Counted from the first letter of the whole stretch, positions 1 through 13,921 are shown. The stretch: 63,381 nt of DNA, filler included, from Octopus bimaculoides (GCF_001194135.2; 4 parts of 4 records of this genome joined end to end with filler, not necessarily neighbours in it), one strand, 5' to 3'. Numbers and translations: made by a program. The notes: generated by a model not told the origin, from the letters alone.

Positions 1-10
1 GTAGGCAGAC

Positions 11-96
<86 letters not shown>
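11..96 (+). repeat. (GATA)n microsatellite
   Basis: Pure agat/gata tandem array. Confidence 0.95.
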
Positions 97-97
<1 letters not shown>

Positions 98-848
98 GTT
101 GGAAATTCAAGAGAAATTGATTTCTCAAAATGAATGTATTTAATAAGTATTACAACACATTAATTTGTTGAGCATATTTTCAAAAACCATGAAATTCTAT
201 GAAAAAAAAAAGTACTGTGTAAATTCGGTTTACACTCCTTTTTTTTTTTTTTTTGATAGCTTAACCGTTAGCACTTGAAAATAATTATCTATCTAACAAT
301 TTAGTGATACATTTTTCGTCATTTCCTGTAAATGATAAATACGGTTTCTCCCTCCCCAGGGTATCATACCATCCTATCACACATCGTTAGTCAACATGAT
401 TTATTTGAGGAAGGAACTCTTAATAAATCTCTACTGGATGAAGACATTATTTCTTGAGAGTTTCCAACTTCAAGGATTTAGTGATCAATCAGTGAAAATT
501 TCAAATTGATATTTCAAGAAGACGAAGCAGCAAAATGATAAAACAAAAAGTTTGCTTTTTTTTTCCCATTAAATGATATTAGTTTCTGGCACGATCAGTG
601 ATGATGATGATGATGATGACGATGATGATGAGAAAGAGGAGCAAGAGTAGGAGGAGATGACGGTGGTGGATTATCTTCAAGGGAATTTGAATTTAGGTTG
701 AAAATTATATCTGCATACTCAATTTTCACACAAATATGTAAGAGATATACATACAACTATATATGCATTTGCTTCTCTGCGTTTGTGTGTAGTGTGAGTG
801 ATTATTTGTGTGAATCACTAGCAGATGAATACACACACACATATAAAT

Positions 849-900
849 GCATGTATGTATGTATGTATGTATGTATGTATGTATGTATGTAGGTAGGTAT
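849..900 (+). repeat. (TATG)n microsatellite
   Basis: Tandem atgt units. Explains ORFs 698..892 and 802..1002. Confidence 0.9.
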
Positions 901-1065
901 ATATACGGATATCAGATCTCTCTGCTTCTCACCAGAAACTAATCGAAAATGTCTATAATGCACAGCCATCAGGTAAAGTAAAATAAAAGACAAAATAAAC
1001 ACCCTACAAAATTGACAGGATAATTTTAATGATAAAGCATTTGCAAGAGAGACAGAGACAGAGAC

Positions 1066-1102
<37 letters not shown>

Positions 1103-1906
1103 GACAGGCAGAGGTGCGGTAAAAGGAAATGAAGTGTGTCTAACGAGGGGCTAGGATGGTGCGTGAGGATTAGTGAGACAGAATGTGTGACATGAACATT
1201 GACTTAGGAAAAATACGTATTTAAACACATGCACACGTACATACATAAATACACATACATAGACTCAAACATTTATGCCCACGTACATACATTAATAGAA
1301 GGACTTGTACGAAAGAGCAACATGTCTTATATATTCCCCAACAATAATTAAGGCACATAATTATTTCTATCACAAAAGGCATATATGTGTATGTGTTCGT
1401 GTGTGTGAGAGAGGGAGAGAGAAAGAGAGGGAGAGGCAGTGTGTGTGTGTGTGTGTGTGTGCGTGCGTTTGTTTGTTTAAGTCTCATCACTTGACAACAG
1501 GTGTGTGTGTGTGTGTTTTACATCCCTTAATTTAGTTGTTCATAAAGGGAAACTTGTGCTGAAAAGATATGGTGTCATTAATGTCATTGGATGAACGAGC
1601 GTTATGTTGTTATTTGTAACTATTTCGGTCGCATGTCAAACCATAATGAGTAAGCACGAACATAATAGTATATCTTCATTGTAAGATTTATTGAATATAT
1701 TTATACAAATTTCTAATAACTTCTGGTAGAGATGTAAAAAAATTAGAACCGAACTTCAGTGTAATTAATATCTATAGTAATGATGAGTAAGTTTCGAGAT
1801 GCAAGAAGAAACTGGTTCATCATTATACAAGAAGTCCTTTATATTCCTGGCTGAGATCCAGGAGTGAAAACTTGACGTTGTTTCTGCTAAATATATATAT
1901 GCATAA

Positions 1907-2163
1907 TAATATAGATTTAATCAAAAGATTAAATGTGGTACTTAAAATGTTTGTGGCACCAGAATTTGGTAGGGTAAAATCCCAAAACAAAATCAAGAGA
2001 TTTGGTGAATTAAATTTGAAGAAAAGCAACAAAAATGTATTAGGTTATAGCAGTACGTACGTTTCGTACAAGCTTCATTTATTTATGTAGTGAGAACATC
2101 ACATAAGATGTACAATAAAAATGTACTCCTCAGCTGCATAATGGAAGTCCATTTCAGAAAGCC
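1907..2163. mobile_element. Interspersed repeat, probable Penelope-like pseudo-LTR (copy 1)
   Basis: Closely matches 22703-23030 and 2632-2714. Carries acgtacgtttcg (antisense of GAAACGT), a motif typical of PLE pLTRs, and occurs in inverted pairs. Confidence 0.55.
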
Positions 2164-2631
2164 ATTTTATAAATGTGTGCAAATACATGAGTAGGAGATG
2201 AAGAGAATACCATCTTGATTGGGCTGTTAATCAACAGTCTAGTGAACCAAACAGGAATTTAATTTCTATATATTCTATGTGTTCTTCTTTCTGGAAGGAG
2301 GGGTAAGTTAGCAGTAATTTCAATTTAGAGGAAGATAGGTTAGGTAGTAAGGGAAGGCAGGTTAGGGGTAAATCAAGAAAGAGGAAAAAGAGAGAAGAAA
2401 GGAAAAGAAAAACAAACAAATATAAAAATAAAAATGGAAGGACAATACCCTAAGGAGTGGCGAGAGGAAATTTAAGGTAAGGGAATTTAGGTCAAGATAT
2501 TGAAGAATTAAAGAAAATTACTAAGAATATATCTATTCATCTGTGTATTTAGAATAATTCAACAATCTAAAATATTGAAAAATTAAAACCATAGAGAACA
2601 TTTATAGTTAAATTAGAATAAGACAAACATT

Positions 2632-2714
2632 CAGCCGAGGAGTACATTTTCATTGCACATCTTATGTGGTGTTCTCACTACATAAATAAATGAAGCTTGT
2701 ACGAAACGTACGTA
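2632..2714. repeat. Inverted partial copy of 2054-2136
   Basis: Its reverse complement matches 2054-2136 at 79/83 nt. Truncated by an N gap. Confidence 0.9.
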
Positions 2715-2757
2715 NNNNNNNNNNTATATATATAAAGATATGGTATATAATTTTTTG

Positions 2758-2832
2758 CGCAGGGGTTCCTTGAGATATGTAATTTATTTCAAGGGTTACG
2801 CAAGGGGAAAAAAAAAAGACTGAGAAACACTG
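2758..2832. mobile_element. hAT (Charlie-like) terminal fragment
   Basis: Ends in gagaaacactg, the reverse complement of the CAGTGTTTCTC Charlie-type TIR, followed by ctctaag, similar to the NTCTAGAN target. Confidence 0.5.
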
Positions 2833-2859
2833 CTCTAAGGCATCCTCAAAATCTGCGAT

Positions 2860-3480
2860 TGTTTTTGGCGGGCTTTCGCCTTAATACTAAGTAAAGCTCG
2901 GGCAAAGGTCATAGAAAATTCAGTTAAGTTCATGACGTGGCATGGTATCACTGCAAACCAATTGGTTGATAATTAAAACTGATATCATGTGGTCTACAGG
3001 CTGTACGGACCTGGATCCTTCAACTTTGAATTGTACTTGGAAAACCATATGGCCAAACTGTATTCGTAACCTTACAAGTTTTCAACAAGCAGAAAACCTA
3101 TATAAAATTCAGAAAGATATTGTGACACTTGCAAACGATGTAGGATTTGAAAAATGTCATAGACTGTGTGTTTGAGTCACTAGTGTCCCACATAGAAAGT
3201 AAATCTAACGAGGAACCGATGCTCTTTAAACAAAAGCTGAGAATACAAATGAGAAAGCGGAAATCCCACCAACGCCACTTAAATTGACTGTAAATAACAT
3301 GGCTAAATGGTTGACATCGATGAAAGAAGGTTTGCCAGATTTTTGCTGATAACAACCCTAACCGTGAAAGAAACAAAAATTACAAGTGGAGTTTATAGTT
3401 CAGATACTGAACTGTACAAAGAGATGATGCACCATAAACATCAAACAATTTTGTGCGCCTCAAGCAGATGTTCATGATGA
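2860..3480 (+). mobile_element. Tigger/pogo transposase C-terminal remnant
   Basis: ORF 2942..3175 TLNCTWKTIWPNCI...DIVTLANDVGFEK resembles the Tigger TMNxxWKKLWPxCV...EIVxLAxxLGFE region. Frameshifted. Confidence 0.65.
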
Positions 3481-3892
3481 TGAGTTATAAAATAGATAGT
3501 GTTCCTCATCCTCCCACTAACACTAATTCCACCACTACCATCTCTAACACAGCAGTTATCTTTTCTCATAAAAACGTATCCTACAACGGTATTACGGTCC
3601 TTGTTTATTCTCGAACGTGTTTCTCTCTAAATGCCTTTGTGTATACATATAGTATTGCGTATGTGTACAAACTGCTATTTTCATGCATAAAAGTGGCTTT
3701 GTTGCTTCTTTTTTTATATTTTGTTGCTGTTGTTGTTCTTATTAATTTGTAAAGATCCACCGTAACCCAATTATCACATAACATGGAAATCAATGGAAAA
3801 ATTAATTTCATATTACGGTATTTCGCGTAATGACAAGGAACGCATTGCATCCGTAACGCGCGCTGGCACGTGCAGACATATATACACTTTCG

Positions 3893-3894
<2 letters not shown>

Positions 3895-3952
<58 letters not shown>

Positions 3953-3971
3953 TTGATAGATAGATAAATAG

Positions 3972-4020
<49 letters not shown>

Positions 4021-4075
4021 CAGACAGGCTGACAGACAGGCTGACAGACAGAGAGACAGTTATATAGATAGATAT
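3895..4075 (+). repeat. Compound (GATA)/(GA)/(GACA) microsatellite
   Basis: Visible tandem units. Explains ORF 3605..4120. Confidence 0.9.
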
Positions 4076-4094
4076 GTATACATATATGAAATAC

Positions 4095-4193
4095 CTTGCC
4101 TCAAGGCTTTCACTCCACACGCCAGCTTAACTTGTCTTCATTAGTCGAAAGACACACGACACACCTGTAGTTATTCTTTTGTTTGTATTTGTA
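4095..4193. mobile_element. Interspersed repeat terminus, shared with 23325-23747
   Basis: cacacgccag(c/g)ttaa...ttagtcgaaagaca...ctgt is shared by both loci. Class unknown. Confidence 0.55.
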
Positions 4194-4639
4194 NNNNNNN
4201 NNNNNNNNNNNNNNNNNNNNNNNNNNNNNNNNNNNNNNNNNNNNNNNNNNNNNNNNNNNNNNNNNNNNNNNNNNNNNNNNNNNNNNNNNNNNNNNNNNNN
4301 NNNNNNNNNNNNNNNNNNNNNNNNNNNNNNNNNNNNNNNNNNNNNNNNNNNNNNNNNNNNNNNNNNNNNNNNNNNNNNNNNNNNNNNNNNNNNNNNNNNN
4401 NNNNNNNNNNNNNNNNNNNNNNNNNNNNNNNNNNNNNNNNNNNNNNNNNNNNNNNNNNNNNNNNNNNNNNNNNNNNNNNNNNNNNNNNNNNNNNNNNNNN
4501 NNATATATATATATATATATACGCATATATGTATGTTGATAGGTAGTTAGTTAGTTAGTTAGTTAGTTAAGTAGGTAGGTAGGTAGGTAGGTACGCACGT
4601 CCGTATATCTATATATTGTAGAAGTGCTATCACATTCGC

Positions 4640-5395
4640 TTTATGTAAGATTGATCAGGTGATATTTGTAGACGGCAAATTCCGAAGGTATCTCCAGCAT
4701 ACCATAAATGGGCTGTAAGTAAGTATTGCGAAGGCTGAGACATTGGTTCTCTCTCAGAAATCTCCCTACTGCAATTGTATTTTAGTGGAACATCACTGAG
4801 GCAAGTGAAGATGTTTAAGTGCCCAGGAAACATATTGACGAGTGATGGAAAGCAAAAGGCTGACTTGGATAAAAGAATTCCAGTAATGTACCAGCTGCAG
4901 CATTCGACTCTCAGAAAAGATTGGTAGAAAATCCAAACATGCCATCTTGAATTCGATTTCCGTGCCTACCTTCACCTATGGTCATGAATATTGAGCGATA
5001 ACCGAAAAAGTACGGTCGTGAATACACGTAACCGAAATAGGATTCCTTGGAAAAATCTCCGGAGTAATGTTACGGAACAAGATGTGTAACTCGTAGATCA
5101 AAAAATCTCTTCAGATCGAGCTGCTACTTTTCCGCATCGAGAGGTGACAGTTCCGATACCATGGACAGTTGATAAGAATGTCGCAGAAAATAACTGCAAG
5201 ATAGATTCCTCTAGCCGAACCAACTGATAGAAGATCTAAAAGTAGACCAAGAACGAGATGGTTGGATAATATCGATAATCTCGCATGAGAACCCAGCCGG
5301 AAAACATAATAATGGTTACTTCTGATAATACACTATGGAAGAGGTATCTGAGAACTCTACCCCACGACTATCCCAGAAATAGTAGGAGGGGAATA
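4640..5395 (+). mobile_element. RTE-clade LINE, 3' fragment (degenerate)
   Basis: Manual translation gives FKCPGNILTSDGK, SVPTFTYGHE, EIGFLGKISGV, RYHGQLIRM, RPRTRWLDNI, matching the post-RT C-terminus of RTE elements. Many stops. Confidence 0.75.
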
Positions 5396-5724
5396 TGGAT
5401 AGATGTACAGTGTTCGAATTAAATACGACGTGATTTATCTTTCCTTTTTTCGAGAACAGTCTCATGCATTATTCGACAGTCAGCATCGTTGGAGTGCATA
5501 AAGGTTAAAGTTGTGGTTGAAAATAAGTAAGCTGAAACGGAGGACTGGAAACTCCTGTTACTCTGGAATTTCTATGACTTGCTGCTGCTTCTTCAGCTAA
5601 ACAAGTGTTAAATTGCTACAATCCAAGTTTGTATTGAGTACACAGTCTCTGGATCGTTACCCAACAACGGATAGGTGTTTGTATGTAAGTTCACACACAC
5701 ACACACACATTTATATATCCATTC

Positions 5725-5759
<35 letters not shown>

Positions 5760-6131
5760 NNNNNNNNNNNNNNNNNNNNNNNNNNNNNNNNNNNNNNNNN
5801 NNNNNNNNNNNNNNNNNNNNNNNNNNNNNNNNNNNNNNNNNNNNNNNNNNNNNNNNNNNNNNNNNNNNNNNNNNNNNNNNNNNNNNNNNNNNNNNNNNNN
5901 NNNNNNNNNNNNNNNNNNNNNNNNNNNNNNNNNNNNNNNNNNNNNNNNNNNNNNNNNNNNNNNNNNNNNNNNNNNNNNNNNNNNNNNNNNNNNNNNNNNN
6001 NNNNNNNNNNNNNNNNNNNNNNNNNNNNNNNNNNNNNNNNNNNNNNNNNNNNNNNNNNNNNNNNNNNNNNNNNNNNNNNNNNNNNNNNNNNNNNNNNNNN
6101 NNNNNNNNNNNNNNNNNNNNNNNNNNNNNNN

Positions 6132-6163
<32 letters not shown>

Positions 6164-6799
6164 GCATATATATATGTCCGTTAAATCACTCGATGCAAGA
6201 CAACATAATTATCACATTTTAAGCTAAAATTATATAATTTTCCTGAACAGTGTATTTGCAGTCGACCATCTGTATTTTTATCCACTCTATATCATTAATT
6301 ATATTCTTGGTTTGCTTAGATTGACCTTCTTGGTTGGCAATTTACCATCGAAATATTTCGGTACCTTGAATATATCTACTCCGGGAACTCTTCATACATT
6401 TCATTAGACCCATCAACAATATCATTAGTTTCCCTACCAATAGGTTTACTTGGTATAATTGCTTATAACTAAATAGAGAATCTATGTGAACTGTTTCATT
6501 TCATTCGTCAGTAAGTTCTTAATTTTCTTTCTTCGGTCTTTCTCTTCGTTTTCTTTTGTTTTCCTCTTCTTTGTCTTGGCATCTATTTCAAAAAAATAAA
6601 ATCTTTAATGGTTTTATTTTCAACTTGTTTAAAACAAACAACCTCATAACTGTGTGTGTGTCCCCCCCCGCCACATCCCGGATCTGATGCACCTGTTTGT
6701 CTGTAAAATAGCTGAGTTCACTTGTTTGTGTTTAGACTTTAGGACGTCATAGCTTGTATCTTGTATCTGTGATGATGTATTGAGTTCTTTGTACTCGCA

Positions 6800-7215
6800 A
6801 TCCCCTTCTTACTTTTTCATCATCATCATTATCATCATCATCGCTGTCCATTGTCGTCGTCATCGTCATCATCATCATCATCCTCGTCATCGTCATCATC
6901 ATAATCGTCATCATCATCATCATTATCATCATCATCATCATCATCATCTATTTCTTTTTCTCTACCGCCACCATGATCACCACGGCCACCACCTTCTTCG
7001 TCATCATTTTTCATTATCTTCACTAGCGCATTATGCATCAACACATCTGCCGCCATGATCATCACAATGCTAACCGTCATCATCACTTTTATTACCAATA
7101 CCGATCACTACCACTTCCCCCATCCTACTACTACCACCATATTTATCATCGGAATATCAACGTCGTCGTCCTCCTCTTCCTCCTCCTCCTCCTCCTCATC
7201 ATCATCATCTTCATC
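6800..7215 (+). repeat. (CAT)n/(CGT)/(CTC) low-complexity tract
   Basis: Degenerate trinucleotide array producing poly-H/poly-D/poly-M ORFs. Confidence 0.9.
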
Positions 7216-8989
7216 ACGAATGAAGGAAACCTTAATCACTAAAGAAAATCCTAATTTTTCTATTTTTAAGGCTTTTGCGAAACTTGACGAAATAAAAGAA
7301 CCAATTGTCAATAATGTAAACCATACAATAATTTAGTCTTCTAAATCATTACCGTTAAAAGACAATATATTGGACAAGTTATAGCAAAACACATCGACGC
7401 TTGACACTGTTTCTATATTATGAAAGCCTTCAGCCCTTCTTATAATTTCAAACAAAATACCTGCGTAATTATCTGAGTTAGATGGAAACTGATAAAGAGC
7501 GTGTCATAATTCAGAAAAGTTTGCTTTAATCAAAATCTGGCAGAATTTAATAACTCATTTCATTTGTCTTCTTCCTCGTATTATATTAGAGAAAGCCTTT
7601 TTTTTTTTATCTAAAGCTTAATAAGTATAAAATATTGGTGAAAAATTTCGACAAAAAGTATATATTGACAAATATAATGCTATAAGGATTCATACCTACG
7701 CATATATCACCATCAATTCAGTAACTGTTATCATATTCGTATGGCTTGAACAACACAGAACAATAGCAGTATAGATAGATGCAAACTATCCATCCTCCTT
7801 AACATAATCCTGCACAGAGTTGTTTTGTGCTGTCACTATCACCAGCATCACTAACAACAACAACAACAACAAATCAACAAAGGCAAGGATAACAACTGTT
7901 TAGAAAATATCTTTGTAATTCTTTATACAGATTTTTTTTGGGGGGTGGGGATATGGCTTACATGTCTGTAAAGAAATATTCAACAGATAATGGCAGTTTT
8001 GCTATTCATTGTGAATAGGTAGGACATATCTTTGTAAGTGCTCACATTGCTTTATTCCTAAATATAGTAGGCCACAAGTGCTTACTGCTGCAGCAAAATC
8101 TGATGCTCTCTTGTCTATATAGATCTGAGATAATTTTCATATTGCCTGATTTCAGTTTCACAAAGGCAGATGGCAATGTCTTTCGATTGTCATCATTTGA
8201 TATATCACGGTGCATAACAAACAATCAAGCAAGGAAACAAAAATAACAATCTAAATAATGATAAAGATATTTGAATTGATTGAATCAATGTGATTTACTG
8301 TCAAAAAATGTCATTAAGGAAATATTTAATGTTAGAAAGGTTTTTATTACGCTCCCAAAATTCAACAAAGAAGACAAGTATTTCAGTTTGCTACTGGTAG
8401 TATGGAATGAAGCTTTTAAGTAGATCATTACGCATTACGAATTAAAAAAAATATTGTGTGTAGTTAATTCTAAAACTTATTTAAAAGGGTGTTGCTGCTC
8501 TGCGACAGCAAACGCTTCTCTTTAAATTATATATTCATACACTTACACACAAGCATATAGTTTGTGTCGGATGAGTTACTACTATTAGAGTGTAGAAGAT
8601 ATATTAGCAATTCAGATACACGCAAAAGCTATTAACTTCATTTAATAATTTATTTAGTTCGTCGCAGTATCTGCCACCTTGTCACTGACATAGTTTCACA
8701 GCAACTGGTCTGAAACAAGTTTATTGGCCAGTATATATAGGCCTCAAGGTTTAAAAAATATTATTTTTCTCACCTATATAGGTCTATCATTCTGGTTGTC
8801 ATTGCCTAATGTTCATTGTTGGTCGTTCATTTGAATTTTTGGTTGAAATTTAAGGTTGTGGTATGTATATTCTCTTCCTTTCTTCTTCCAGTGCGGCGCT
8901 TATTTCATTGTGCCTTTGTTTAGCTGAATCATAACTTAATGACTTTAAAGAGAATCTATCAGTCCATCACGGAAAAGAATAGATGTGGC

Positions 8990-9390
8990 AATGATAGTAG
9001 TGTTAGCAACACGTGTCAAAGTAAATTCGTGGCATGTATCACGAACTCACATATCAACTACAAAGCTTGAATTATTGTATTCTGGATACAATGCCTGGAA
9101 GAAACATATACAGACTTCCCTAGATGCTACGTAGATGAAACTTCTGGGAGTATTAACGAAAGATTCAGATGGTACTGGAACGGCAAAGACGAAGAATGAT
9201 CTAATTCCGTTTTCTCCCAACTCGCACTAGATTGTCATAATGGCTCCATAAATAAACTTAATTTAGACATTTTAACTACTCATACTTCTGATTCTTGGTT
9301 AACGCAGGTCACAGAGTCCGTCTTCATACCAGGGTGTAAATCTAACATCTTCCACCAGTCCGAATGTGGTGACACCTGTACACTTCACGT
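8990..9390 (+). mobile_element. Penelope-like GIY-YIG endonuclease remnant
   Basis: Translates to VFWIQC...CYVDETSGSINERFRWYW...SVFSQLALDCHNG...LTQVTESVFI. This is a degenerate VYxIxC...YIGET.RS..ER..EH...H...LRQVTEAVxI pattern and is homologous to 35530-36160. Confidence 0.7.
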
Positions 9391-9477
9391 AAGCGGTCTT
9401 CGGTTCTCATCCGTTATAAAGGATATGTTACCAGAGACTGTCAATATTTTACTATTATACTGTTATATGACGCATAT

Positions 9478-9830
9478 GTGGTTGTGTGGTAAGAAGTTTG
9501 CTTCCTCAAAAAAATGATTGGGTTCAGTTCCACTGCATGGCACCTTGGGCAAATAACTTCTACTATAGTCCTGAACTGACCAACGCCTTAATGAAACTAA
9601 ACGTCGTACATATATGTGTGTGTTTGTATCTGTATTCGTCCCTTGCCACCGCTAGACAACCGGTGTTGGTGTGTTTACGTAGCCGTAATTTAGCGGGTCG
9701 GCAAAAGTGACCGATAGAATAAGCATTAAGCTTTAAAAATAAGTACTGGGGTTGATTCAGTCGACTAAAAATGCTTCAAGGCGGTTCGCCAGCATGGCCG
9801 CAACCTAATGACTGAAACATGTAAAAGATA
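9478..9830 (+). mobile_element. tRNA-derived SINE, family A (octopus OK-like)
   Basis: A-box tgtgtggtaag, B-box ggttcagttcc, body gcaccttgggcaa...ttagcgg..ggcaaaag..accgatagaataag, and tail cagcatggccg...aatgactgaaac. Confidence 0.85.
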
Positions 9831-11549
9831 ATATATGTATGTGTACATACACGCGCGCACACACACACACACACACATATGTACATACATATATACATAT
9901 ACATACATATGAAAGAAAGTGTGTCCTAGTTATTAATGCGAAGTATTCACATTAGGTCGTGAAGGTCGTGAGTTTCCATTCCTGGACTGGGCGGTGTGTG
10001 TGTGTGTGTGTCCTTGAGCAAAGAATATAATTTATTTGTGTGTGTATATATATTATGGCGGGGAGCCAATACACTTTTCTCAAATAACCGAATCCACCTA
10101 GGTACTTCAGGGCTGTAAAGTGTGTAAGTTTGCGTGTATAAATAAGTTTATGTGTACTTATACACGTGTGTAATTAGCCTTATAGATTGAACATTCGAAT
10201 ATTGTTCACCGATCATATCTTTCTTATCAATTGTACATTGATCTTAGTTTAGCAATATAGATTATTATGTTTAGGAGTACTACGTTCCATTTTTAAATGG
10301 GTGAAAGTTTTGAATTGAGTGTAAAATGTCAAACCATTTCATCTTTTGATTGGCTGAAGTAATCATTAATCTTTTTTATGTCCTCGTGCATAAGAAGCTC
10401 GTCTTACAAGCACGATTCCTTGCGTTGCACCTTGCACAAGCGTCTTCTAAGCTTGGGTTGACCCGTGCCCTGAGAATGGAATTTGATAAGTGCAAGTCGA
10501 AAGTCCGTATAAAAATAGCTCATACTGAATTTCATGATTCAATACTTACAAAATAGCTGATTAACTTAAATTAATTATTGATATTAAATTATTCATACAT
10601 GCAATTTTTATCACAATTTTTTCCTGATTTAATGATGAAAATGATAAAGATGAGGAGACGAAGGATAATATTCTATAACTATTACTACTTCCACAGTTTA
10701 CATTTAAGTGCAAAATTTTTTCAGCTGTTAGCCATAACTCATAAGTGTGAAAATTTATTTTTTCAGCGCCATTACTACCTTTCATGAGAGTTCCGCTGCC
10801 GTTTCAACTTATAAGAATTTATTTAACTAATGATAATTTGAATAAGTGCTAACGCTATTTTCAGTCTGCAGCTGCAACTGACCGTGTAAAAGGAAACTCA
10901 TCACTTTATATAATTCATCCTATTTGCACCTTCTATTAAAAATGTTTGAGCAGCTTTACCAATCTATAGCGTGTTCTTTGTCACTGTTTCTATGATTGAC
11001 AGGTACACTTTTGTGGAGGTCAGACTGTCATAAGAAATAACCAGTGATGAAATACTTTAGACGGCACCACTGTTCCCTTGCTGGTATCTTTAGAAACTCC
11101 ATATTTCAGATTCGAATATATTCAGCAAAGACAAAAACGCCAATAAATTATAAAGGATATATTATCTGGATAATTTAATCTGTCCTAACTCAATTTTCGG
11201 TAACTATGAAAAATTATTTGACACCTGTGAAATGGTTAAGTAATCTAAAGGAAGTAAATGCTTCAATTCAAAATTCGTAGGAGTGTCGGATAAGTTTAAT
11301 TATTGGGAGACACGTAGAATCTAATGTTTTGTGTTTAGCCCTTCATCTGCAAGTGAGCAGCAGAATGGAGTAAGGAGTAAGGCTTAGAGAAAGGTCATGT
11401 GAGAAAATCAGTTATGTTAGGGACGATGTGAATTAAATGAGTTGGAGAGCAAAAGATTGGAGAGGGTAAGTAGAAGGAACCAGAGCCACGAATAAGACAA
11501 AATGAAAGGTGAGAAGTTCAAATAAATGGTGAAGTCACAAAAAATAAGT

Positions 11550-11552
<3 letters not shown>

Positions 11553-11607
<55 letters not shown>
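11553..11607 (+). repeat. (GA)n microsatellite
   Basis: Pure dinucleotide array. Confidence 0.95.
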
Positions 11608-11611
<4 letters not shown>

Positions 11612-13654
11612 GGTGGTGGTGGGGTTCCTTTCATCCAGCGACCATGTACAAGGTCCTTCATCAACTCGTTCATCGTACTTACTATACTACTTCGAGAAAT
11701 AGTTTTGTTATTGAACAAATTTTAGGGATGAAATTAGCGAGAAAGTAATCTACCAGCATGGAAGACACATTAAAGTTTATATAGTATTCCAAATAAAAGT
11801 TAGGTGTGTATTCATTATGCGTGCATATGTGCCTAAATTATGCATATATATATATACAAATTTCACATCTTATATCTCTGAGGAGCAGAAGTGTGGTCTA
11901 TAAATGCTTATCAATATAGGATTCCATTATAGGGACAACACTTCTGCAAAATGATCGTAAGATGCTTTAAAAACTTAATTCGAAACTTTTAAACTGTCAT
12001 ATTTATTATTATATATTATATATTCATACTTATACATATTTACATATATTTTTTATATATATTTATATTTTTAATACAACAATTATTCTACACACGTATA
12101 TATCTTTCGGAAGAATTCTCTGATATTGATTTCCTGATATTATTAACAATATATTATATGATATATATATATATATATATATACATATATAATGTACATA
12201 CGCAATATACATATATATAACACATGTATGCCTTTACGAACAATAAGAGAACACCTACACTTGCTTGACCTGACAGACATAGAAGAAAAGAAGGACACGA
12301 AGGATATTTTCCGAAATGCATTCTAAGAAATATACGAGAGGGTTATAGAAGGGACGCTTTGATCATAAGTCATCTGAATCAGGTCTGAGCAGCAACTAAA
12401 CAATACAATGACGATGACTATTCTATAAATATCCACTTACTTTCTGTCGTATCTCATTTTCTAGTAATATGGGCTTCAAAACACGATTACTTTCAACTAC
12501 CAATTGTAATATACAAGAAAAAAAAAAAAACGTAAGTGACGTAGTCGAATACTCGAAAATTGTTGGCATGATTCTTCTTTAACTTATCACGTTTCTAACT
12601 CAAAATCTATTACACTAGTACAGTCAGACTTTGTTATTATCATTGTTGAAACTGATGAATATTTGTCTTACCTGAGAGTAACTGAGATCTCGGTTGATTC
12701 ATGATCAACTGAAACTTCAGTTTATTCAATAAATCCTCAATGCATCTTTATTCTTCAGCAGTAGCTTAACTTTAATCATTTTCTGTTTGCTCTGGTTTCA
12801 TAATGCTTCAATACTTCCCTTTCTAGTTTACATCATACTCTATTTGATATGACTAAGATATAATACTTCAATATTCATTGTATTTATTTTTGTTTTGAAC
12901 AATAAAATTTCAAAGAATTGTTACAGAACCAATCAGTCATTTAATCCCTGTTTTACTTTAATGATATCTTTTCGTTTTTAAACACTATTATTCACTGAAT
13001 ATCTCGTCAGATTTTATTTTATCTAAGATATGTATCCTGCAGCGTGTATGAACTTTAAAGGACGTGTATAGATTCTGGAAGCCAGAAACTTCCTTATTAA
13101 CTTATCCTTGTTCGATATAATGTGTACAATTTTCTTGTCAGAATTATCTAGTAATCTATATTATATAATTTCTATGATACTCTTAACTGCAAGATTTATT
13201 CAAAATCTAATGCCGATGAAAACAAACAGTTTTAAAAATTTGAATCCATCGTTGCTTAGACTCCAAATGATTTTACTACTAAATTAATAACGTGATACGA
13301 AACTGAATAGTGAGATAATTTTATACTTTAATTTTAAATATTTCACTTTCTTAAAGTTAAATTTCAAATTTCATGATGGGGTAGGTGACGGATGGAAGCT
13401 CTTCTTCTAGCGTTAATTCTATTCCACAAAGTCTTCGATTTACGCCTTTCGTTTGGTGAATCTTAAAGATAATTCCACACCAGCAGACCTTTTTCATATT
13501 TTTCATTTTTCTTATATCTATAATTATCATTCTTATATTTATTCTTCAATCCTCTCCTGTATGCAGTCGTGGAAGCCTTTTTTATAGAATTTATGGAATT
13601 GAAGTTGAGCGATATGTTTACTTTCAGTAAAGAGTTTTTAGGAAGTGATTCTGC

Positions 13655-13840
13655 ACACTGAACGAAATGCTTAGCAGTATTTCGCCCGTCACTTCATTCT
13701 GAGTTCAAATTCCACCGAGGTCGATTTTACCTTTCATCCTTTTAGGGTCGATTAAATAAATACCAGTGGAGTACTGGGGTCGATGTAATCGGCTATCACC
13801 CTCCCCTCAAATTCCAGCGCTTGTGCTTATAGTAGAAACG

Positions 13841-13897
<57 letters not shown>
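13655..13897 (+). mobile_element. SINE family B with (ATT)n tail
   Basis: B-box gagttcaaattcc, core ggtcga..tt.cctttcatcc..ggggtcga..aaataa.taccag, and (att)n tail. Confidence 0.85.
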
Positions 13898-13921
13898 GTT
13901 GTTGTTGTTGTTGTTGTTGTT

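Noticed and set aside
2680-2714. Hammerhead in the pLTR-like repeat (taaatgaagcttgtacgaaac)
   Set aside because: The GAAAC half is present but CUGANGA is absent in all copies seen here.
6747-7336. His/Asp/Met-rich ORFs suggesting a metal-binding protein
   Set aside because: All frames derive from a degenerate (CAT)n array, with no splice or domain support.
8042-8224. 60-aa minus ORF with a possible gtaagc donor
   Set aside because: No convincing acceptor or homology, so it is not distinguishable from chance.
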